Source: Candidatus Syntropharchaeum caldarium (GTDB lineage Archaea; Halobacteriota; Syntropharchaeia; Syntropharchaeales; Syntropharchaeaceae). Taken from it: DNA of 32,000 bases. Shown here in pieces: positions 25,932 to 32,000 of this stretch. Below the pieces are notes generated by a model. The model was not told the DNA's origin. It did no database searches and saw only the letters and a program-made list of their open reading frames with translations. Where the stretch lies: assembly GCA_001766815.1 (NCBI GenBank), contig LYOS01000001.1, positions 210,001-242,000 of the forward strand, given 5' to 3'. Position 1 is the first letter of the stretch; each line of letters starts with the position of its first letter. The position numbers were made by a program, and so were the translations under genes.

Positions 25932-27194
25932 ATGATCATCGGGATCGACGATACAGACTCACCTCGTGGAATGTGCACAACCTATCTCGCGTCAGTACTC
26001 CTGGATGAGCTTGGAGTATATGGAAAGATCATAAAACCCCCACTTCTCGTAAGGCTCAATCCAACTGTCCCGTTCAAGACTCGTGGAAATGGTGCTGTTG
26101 CGATAGCGATAGAGACAGATGACATCAAATTTATAAAAGAACATGTGATCAATCGAGTATCTGAGATGGCAAATCTTGAAGATAATGGGACAAATCCCGG
26201 CATTGTATTTGTGGATGCCGGGGATGTGCTACAAGAACTCACACTCTTCTATGAGCGTGCTTTAAAGACTCTGCTCACAATCGAGGATGCAATGAGCGTT
26301 ATAGCAGAACTTGGGATTGATTTTTATGGTTTTAAGAATAAAAGAGGTCTTATAGGTGCGCTTGCTGCAGTCGGAGCATGGAAAATTCTCACCAGTTCTG
26401 ATGCTGATCATACATTTGAGCTTATTGCATATCGAATGCGCGAAAGATGGGGATCCAAACGTCAGATCGATGAAGCTTCGGTATGGAATGCCGATCGCAG
26501 AACGTATCCACTTGTCTGGGACACGGTTGATCGAAGCCTTGGAGACATTATATTTGCACCACACTCCCCTGATCCTGTCCTGTTCGGAATACGAGGTGAT
26601 GACGTCGATTCGATATTCAAAGCCTTCGAGATGATAAGATCTGAAGACTATGAACGATACACACTCTTTCTAACGAATCAGGGGACTGATGCACACTACA
26701 TAGAAGCTTCAATAAGTGAATTACAGGAGTACCGCTCATATATCATTGAAGGAACGGTGACATCTGCACCCAGAACGATACAGGGTGGACACGTCTTCTT
26801 CAAACTCGATAATATGCTTGAATGCGCTGCTTTTGAGCCGACGAAGTCATTCAGGGATGTTATACGCTCACTGCTTCCTGGTGATCGCGTCAGAGTATTT
26901 GGGGGTTTCAAGAATAGAACGCTTAACCTTGAGAAGATCGAGATTCTCCTACCTGTATCCGAAGTTATGCAAAATCCAGTCTGTATCTGTGGCAGACGCA
27001 TGAAATCAATGGGTAAAGAGCAGGGATTCAGGTGCAGGAATTGTGGAATACGGAAAAAGGAACGTGAGTCTGTTAAAATAGAGCGTGCGATTGAACGCGG
27101 GCTGTATGAGGTTGTTCCATCTGCAAGACGCCATATAACAAAGCCGCTGGTGCGTGAAAAGGCAGATAACAGGAATGTGCACGTCGTGAGATAG
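25932..27194 (+). CDS. tiaS: tRNA(Ile2) 2-agmatinylcytidine synthetase
   Basis: MIIGIDDTDSPRGMCTTYLA is the characteristic TiaS N-terminus. A C-terminal Zn ribbon (CICGRRMKSMGKEQGFRCRNC) is present. The ORF is 420 aa. Confidence 0.85.
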   Translation: MIIGIDDTDSPRGMCTTYLASVLLDELGVYGKIIKPPLLVRLNPTVPFKTRGNGAVAIAIETDDIKFIKEHVINRVSEMANLEDNGTNPGIVFVDAGDVLQELTLFYERALKTLLTIEDAMSVIAELGIDFYGFKNKRGLIGALAAVGAWKILTSSDADHTFELIAYRMRERWGSKRQIDEASVWNADRRTYPLVWDTVDRSLGDIIFAPHSPDPVLFGIRGDDVDSIFKAFEMIRSEDYERYTLFLTNQGTDAHYIEASISELQEYRSYIIEGTVTSAPRTIQGGHVFFKLDNMLECAAFEPTKSFRDVIRSLLPGDRVRVFGGFKNRTLNLEKIEILLPVSEVMQNPVCICGRRMKSMGKEQGFRCRNCGIRKKERESVKIERAIERGLYEVVPSARRHITKPLVREKADNRNVHVVR

Positions 27195-27306
27195 ATCACG
27201 TAATTTCGAAATTCTATTTACAGCTTATACGTATTTTTCTTGTAATATTAACAAAAAATTATTTAAAGAATGATGTATATTATGATAGTGCTTGTGGGGG
27301 AACTAA

Positions 27307-28116
27307 ATGCATAGGCTTTCGAAGTGGGGGATAATTCTTGCACAATTCCATCCATCGATGAGTGATGTCAAACTTAAGGGTAGTGACTTCAGAGACCTTC
27401 TGAACGACTATGAACGACTGAAAAAGCTGGAAGAGGTTAAGACAAATTTTCTCATAGTGACAGCTCACGAACTCAGAACACCACTCACAATTATGAAAGG
27501 GTACCTTGAGCTTCTTAAAGAGCGGGTTGGCGAGGAGGATCACATAATTCGCGCGATAGAGGATAGCATGAATGGTATGATATCGATCGTAGATGACATT
27601 GTGACGATTGCAAATATGGATCTCGGGATGCTTGAACTCAAGATCGAGTCTGTATCCATGCTTGACATACTCGATGACCTGATTGACCGGCTCAAAGAGA
27701 TAAACGATGAATGGAGTGATAACCTTCTGATATCTGTAGAAGATCAGGTACTCGAAGCAGACCGGAGATCTATCGAGAAAGTGCTCACAAATCTCATCAC
27801 AAATGCACTCAAATATAACGCACCTGATAAAAGAGTTGAGGTTGAGATCGATTCCGATGGGCGAGACCATGTATTGCTTTCTGTGAAAGACTGGGGGGAG
27901 GGAGTACCAGACGAGGTCAAAGAGGCAATATTCCAGGATTTTGTCCAGTATGTGGACTCACCATTGACACGAGATTATGTTGGGATGGGTCTTGGATTAT
28001 CTGTTGCAAGACGGCTCGTCGATCTTCACAACGGTACGATATGGGTTGAAGATAACCCAGAAGGGGGGAGCATTTTTTATGTCAGACTACCAAAACACCA
28101 TCCTGCAAATATTTAA
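27307..28116 (+). CDS. soluble histidine kinase (HisKA + HATPase_c, no sensor domain)
   Basis: It has the H-box TAHELRTPLT, the N-box LTNLITNALKY and the G-boxes DWGEGVP / GMGLGLS. An alternative start is the ATG at 27358. Confidence 0.8.
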   Translation: MHRLSKWGIILAQFHPSMSDVKLKGSDFRDLLNDYERLKKLEEVKTNFLIVTAHELRTPLTIMKGYLELLKERVGEEDHIIRAIEDSMNGMISIVDDIVTIANMDLGMLELKIESVSMLDILDDLIDRLKEINDEWSDNLLISVEDQVLEADRRSIEKVLTNLITNALKYNAPDKRVEVEIDSDGRDHVLLSVKDWGEGVPDEVKEAIFQDFVQYVDSPLTRDYVGMGLGLSVARRLVDLHNGTIWVEDNPEGGSIFYVRLPKHHPANI

Positions 28117-29353
28117 TAGCGATGTAGAGATAACAAAACAGGCTGTTACACTAAAACAGGTTGTAATAATCGGTATTTTTAGCATTATTGTAACTCTTGA
28201 GCTTATTTATAAGATCCCACTCCTCTATCCTGTGTCTGTGATCTGTGCGCTCTGGCTCTTCTCAACGATGATTTACTCATTTATGAAGAACGTCGATGCC
28301 TCGATACAGATCTCGCATATCAACTTTTTATACTTTGTACTGGAGGTTGCGCTGCTCACGATGATCATCCACTTCCTCGGCTCTGTTGTATGGATAGGGG
28401 CTATCTTCTATCTCATCGCAATTCTCTATGCAAACGTTGTATACTCGTGGCGTGCCGGGATCGTCGTAGCGATCGTATGCGGTATATCCTATCTTGGATT
28501 ATTTATGCTCGAAGCAAACGGCGTGATCCCGCATTACGAACTCTTCTCGCTCGATCCCGCCTATGCTACCAGCTCCAATCCTATCGGTGTTGTGACACTC
28601 ATCTCGATCGCAATTGGTGTCTTCCTGCTCGGCATCTATGCAGTCAATACTTTCAACAATATTATAAAACAGGAAGAAAAAATGGTTGAAGAGAAGAAAG
28701 CGATCATCTCGATGTTAAATCACGATCTCAAGAACTATCTTACGCTGATAAGTGGCTACCACAGCTTCTATTCTCATTATGATGATCCAAAACTTGTGCA
28801 TGCAAATGCGAAGATTGATGAGAACATAAAGCGGATTGATGAGATTCTGACAAGTGCAGGGTTGTATTCAAAAATAGAGGATCCCAGATATGAGATGAAT
28901 ATTGAAAAGCTGGATCTTGGTGTGCTTGTGGCGAATGTGATCGAAAAATTTCAGGATAAAGGTGTCACCGAATCTCAGAAGATTATCTTTGAACCAAACG
29001 GTGAATTCCTCATTGAAGCTGATGCTTTCCTTCTTTCTGCTGTTTTTGAAAATCTCATCCAGAACGCGATGAGTTATGGTGGTGGAAGGCTTGAGATAGA
29101 GATCAGAGATGATGGTGGGGCATACACGCTTGCATTCAGAGATTATGGAGATGGTATTCCGGACGAAATGAAAAGTCGCATCTTCGATCGTTTCAGGGAT
29201 GCAAGAAAAGGTGCAGGGATGAAAGGTACAGGGATCGGGCTTGCACTGGTCAGGAGAATTGTTGAGATGCATGGCGGGAAGGTATGGGTTGAGGATAACC
29301 CTGAAGGGGGCTCGATTTTCTATATAAAGCTTTTTAAACGAGAAGGGGTCTGA
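28079..29353 (+). CDS. membrane sensor histidine kinase (polytopic N-terminal domain)
   Basis: The ATG at 28079 follows ggggggag. It has about six TM segments, then the H-box MLNHDLKNYL, then NLIQNAMSY, DYGDGIP and GTGIGLA. The track's start at 27977 would overlap the upstream HK by 140 nt. Confidence 0.75.
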   Translation: MSDYQNTILQIFNSDVEITKQAVTLKQVVIIGIFSIIVTLELIYKIPLLYPVSVICALWLFSTMIYSFMKNVDASIQISHINFLYFVLEVALLTMIIHFLGSVVWIGAIFYLIAILYANVVYSWRAGIVVAIVCGISYLGLFMLEANGVIPHYELFSLDPAYATSSNPIGVVTLISIAIGVFLLGIYAVNTFNNIIKQEEKMVEEKKAIISMLNHDLKNYLTLISGYHSFYSHYDDPKLVHANAKIDENIKRIDEILTSAGLYSKIEDPRYEMNIEKLDLGVLVANVIEKFQDKGVTESQKIIFEPNGEFLIEADAFLLSAVFENLIQNAMSYGGGRLEIEIRDDGGAYTLAFRDYGDGIPDEMKSRIFDRFRDARKGAGMKGTGIGLALVRRIVEMHGGKVWVEDNPEGGSIFYIKLFKREGV

Positions 29354-29357
29354 TCAT

Positions 29358-31430
29358 ATGAACGCGATAACAGTACTGAAAAAAGAGGGTCTGAAATTAT
29401 ATATAGCCACAGCTCTCGCATTTACGGTTGTTGGTGTAATTATCGCACTCGATGAAATACTTGACCTGCCACATCTTCTCTTTGGGGCACCAGCGACAGA
29501 GATCAACTGGGCGGAAGTGGCAATCGAGTCGGTATTTGTCTTTACCATCTTCGTAATTTCAATCTATTCCCTGAAATATCTCCTCTCGAGATTTAAAGCA
29601 ACACTGGAGAGACTTGAAGAAGCAGAACAGGATATCGCGAACGTATGGAAACGCCGTGAGGGAATACTCGATGGGATACCCGATCCCACGATTACGATCG
29701 CACCAAACGGAAGGATCACATACATAAATGAGGCTGCTCTGAAGCTCACTGGATACACAAAAGAGGAGGCACTCGGAGCCAAGTGTTACAAGATTTTCAG
29801 ACCAAAAGACTATGATGAGCATAGATGCGTAAGGGATCAGTGCCTGATGGTAAAAATCCCTGAAAATGAACTCTCAATAAAGAATATCGAGAGGACAATT
29901 ATTGCAAAGGATGGGACAGAGATCGAGGGGGTCATGAGTTGTGCAAGAGTGAAGGACGAGAATGGAAATATACTCGGTGGTATGGAAGTATTCAGAGATC
30001 TGCGAGAGGAACACAGAAGGCTCAGGGAGATCGAGGAGAGTGAGAACGAACTTGCTGTGATGAATGAAGAGCTAAAAACCGCCAACGAAGACCTGAATGA
30101 GAGTTATATTGAACTCAAGGAGAAAGAAGATGCACTTCTGAAAGCAAACGAAGAACTAAAAGCCACTCAGATGAGAATAGAGCGTCAGAGAGAGATTATC
30201 GAGTCATACGGCAAGGTGATAGCGATACTGAACTCAGAGATTGAACTTGACCCACTAATGAAGAAGACGCTCGATGGTGTGATGAAATTCACAGGGAGTC
30301 AGATCGGTCGTGTATATCTCTATGATGCAGAGAACGGGGTTCTAAGACTTCATACATCATTTGGTGTATCAGATAATGGAAACAGAGAACTCAAAATTGG
30401 CGAGGGGCTGGTTGGAGAGGCTGCAAGAAAACGGAAACCCGTGGTGCTGGAAAATAATCTTGAAGGATATGAAATAAGTGCACTGGACGGCTCAATCTCA
30501 CTGAAACAGATTATCTGTATCCCAGTGATCTATCAGGACGATCTTCTTGCGGTTGTTGAGCTTGGATCTGTGGACAAAATTGATGAGGACATTACTATGT
30601 TCGCCGGGGATTTTGCGATACAGTATGCAACTGCTATCAAGAATGCAATGGCGTACTCGAGTATAGAAGAGCTTGCAAAGGAGCTTAGCGAGCGAAATAG
30701 AGAGATTGAAGAGGCAAACAGGAAGATACAGCGAGCGGATAACCTGAAATCAGAGTTTCTGGCACGGGTATCACATGAGCTGAGAACCCCGATGACATCG
30801 ATACTGGGTTTTACAAAACGTGTTATGAAGAAGTCAGAGGGAATCCTTCCTGAAAAAGAACTTAAACAGCTTGAGATCGTATATCGAAATGCTCAGGAAC
30901 TTTTAAAAATGATAAATGACCTTCTTGACCTCGCAAAGATCGAATCTGGCGAGATAGAACTTGATATTACGCAGTTTGACCTCAAAGATCTCGTGGACGA
31001 ATCAGTTGATCTGGCACGCCCGCTCGCAGAGGAAAAGGGGTTGGAAATTGTCGAAAAGGCCGAAAGTATAATGATGACCTCTGACCGTGCGAAGATCAAG
31101 GAGATGCTTGTAAATCTCATCGGCAACGCGATCAAGTTCACGGAAGAAGGAAGTGTAAATATAATTACCGAGGCGCAGAACGAACACATCTGTCTCATCG
31201 TGGAGGATACAGGTGTGGGGATCAAGGAAGAGGATATTGACTGCATCTTTGATGAGTTCAAACAGGTGGGTTGCGGTTCGCAGAAGCAACATGGTACTGG
31301 ACTCGGGCTTCCGATCACAAAGAAGTACGCAGAGATGCTTGGTGGTGGTATCACTGTTGAGAGCATGGTTGGTAGGGGGACAAAATTTACGATTCAAATA
31401 CAGAAAGACCTTCAGAAGGGAGAAATATGA
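29358..31430 (+). CDS. PAS-GAF hybrid sensor histidine kinase
   Basis: It has two N-terminal TMs, a PAS domain (ILDGIPDPTITIAPNGRITYINEAALKLTGYTKEEALG), a coiled coil, a GAF domain (GSQIGRVYLYD...GEGLVGEAARKRKPV), the H-box SHELRTPMT, and an HATPase domain (DTGVGI, GTGLGLPI). Confidence 0.85.
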   Translation: MNAITVLKKEGLKLYIATALAFTVVGVIIALDEILDLPHLLFGAPATEINWAEVAIESVFVFTIFVISIYSLKYLLSRFKATLERLEEAEQDIANVWKRREGILDGIPDPTITIAPNGRITYINEAALKLTGYTKEEALGAKCYKIFRPKDYDEHRCVRDQCLMVKIPENELSIKNIERTIIAKDGTEIEGVMSCARVKDENGNILGGMEVFRDLREEHRRLREIEESENELAVMNEELKTANEDLNESYIELKEKEDALLKANEELKATQMRIERQREIIESYGKVIAILNSEIELDPLMKKTLDGVMKFTGSQIGRVYLYDAENGVLRLHTSFGVSDNGNRELKIGEGLVGEAARKRKPVVLENNLEGYEISALDGSISLKQIICIPVIYQDDLLAVVELGSVDKIDEDITMFAGDFAIQYATAIKNAMAYSSIEELAKELSERNREIEEANRKIQRADNLKSEFLARVSHELRTPMTSILGFTKRVMKKSEGILPEKELKQLEIVYRNAQELLKMINDLLDLAKIESGEIELDITQFDLKDLVDESVDLARPLAEEKGLEIVEKAESIMMTSDRAKIKEMLVNLIGNAIKFTEEGSVNIITEAQNEHICLIVEDTGVGIKEEDIDCIFDEFKQVGCGSQKQHGTGLGLPITKKYAEMLGGGITVESMVGRGTKFTIQIQKDLQKGEI

Positions 31431-31792
31431 GTGACATACTGATTGTGGATGACAATGAAGATATCAGGGAACTTTTTACGCTGATACTCGAAGATGAAGA
31501 TTACAGTGTGGTGGGCGTTAAATCGGGTGAGGATGCGATCAATTTACTCGAAAGAGGAGAGAAGTTTAAGCTTATTCTGATGGATGTGACACTTGGGACC
31601 GGGATGACCGGGATTGAGACGTCCAGGAAGATCAAGTCAAACCCTGCATGGCGGGATATACCGATAATCGCTATAACGGGCCTGATGTGCAAGAATATAG
31701 AGAACGCGGTCACATCAAATGAATGCGATGCTATACTCAACAAACCTGTGGATGATGACACTCTCATCGAGGTGGTTAGGAGATATACCTGA
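31427..31792 (+). CDS. stand-alone response regulator receiver (CheY-like)
   Basis: ILIVDDNEDIRE...LILMDVTLG...MTGIE...PIIAITG. It overlaps the upstream HK by ATGA. Confidence 0.85.
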   Translation: MSDILIVDDNEDIRELFTLILEDEDYSVVGVKSGEDAINLLERGEKFKLILMDVTLGTGMTGIETSRKIKSNPAWRDIPIIAITGLMCKNIENAVTSNECDAILNKPVDDDTLIEVVRRYT

Positions 31793-31871
31793 GAGAATTT
31801 AGAACAAACCGTCTGCAATAACCTTAATAACGTCGCTCAATAACGATGAATAATAGAGAGACGGGGCGATT

Positions 31872-32000
31872 ATGATGAGAGCAGAAGCTGAGATCGGAAT
31901 TATTGGTGGAAGTGGACTCTATGATCAATCGTTATTTGAGAACGTGCAGGAACTTGAGCTTGATACACCCTTTGGCAAACCCTCTGACCATATACTACTT
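31872..32000 (+). CDS. mtnP: S-methyl-5'-thioadenosine phosphorylase, 5' partial (runs off the window)
   Basis: [43 protein letters not shown] closely parallels the MTAP N-terminus (IGIIGG(T/S)GL...DTPFGKPSD). It is not in the ORF track because no stop falls within the window. Confidence 0.7.
   Translation, partial: MMRAEAEIGIIGGSGLYDQSLFENVQELELDTPFGKPSDHILL

Noticed and set aside
27977-28078. Upstream extension of the membrane histidine kinase ORF, overlapping HK1 by 140 nt.
   Set aside because: The extension lies within the conserved HATPase C-terminus of HK1 in another frame. The ATG at 28079 has a strong G-rich SD and begins just before the TM region.
1-32000. Scan for tRNA/rRNA genes, CRISPR repeats or other short tandem arrays.
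   Set aside because: I could spot no T-loop-like GGTTCGAATCC/GTTCRANYC context with flanking acceptor complementarity, no rRNA-like segments, and no regularly spaced 25-40-nt direct repeats. The only large repeat is the IS-based palindrome.

Overview
The window looks like a euryarchaeal chromosome segment from a methanogen- or ANME-like member of the Methanomicrobia. Lineage markers are an archaeal type II 3-dehydroquinate synthase, sulfopyruvate decarboxylase comDE (coenzyme M), FBP aldolase/phosphatase, aTrm56, TrmY, TiaS, archaeal DtdA, an Sm-like protein, Cdc48 and a PGF-CTERM surface protein. About 26 kb is ordinary, tightly packed housekeeping DNA. It covers cofactor and aromatic biosynthesis, SecD, a striking number of tRNA modification/editing genes, a Cdc48-Hsp20 pair, and an overlapping HK-HK-HK-RR signalling operon at the 3' end. 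The exception is an accessory islet at about 14.04-20.12 kb. It holds a visibly AT-rich module (about 14.26-18.65 kb) encoding one large multi-domain gene. That gene has an N-terminal restriction-type DNA-binding-like module, a Vsr/DUF559-like endonuclease core, and an unassigned C-terminal domain with a nitrilase-like Glu/Lys/Cys motif pattern. An IS630-family element split the gene at a TA. The IS plus the next 379 bp of the gene are present again in inverted orientation only 27 nt away, giving a 2.96-kb near-perfect palindrome (15446-18401). The arms are mosaic: the outer 0.4 kb differs and the inner 1.05 kb appears identical. The islet continues with an IS5-like transposase C-terminal remnant, a DUF2178-like membrane protein plus XRE regulator pair, and 330 bp without a convincing ORF. 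I found no rRNA, tRNA or CRISPR array. All functional calls come from motif recognition by eye. No searches were run.
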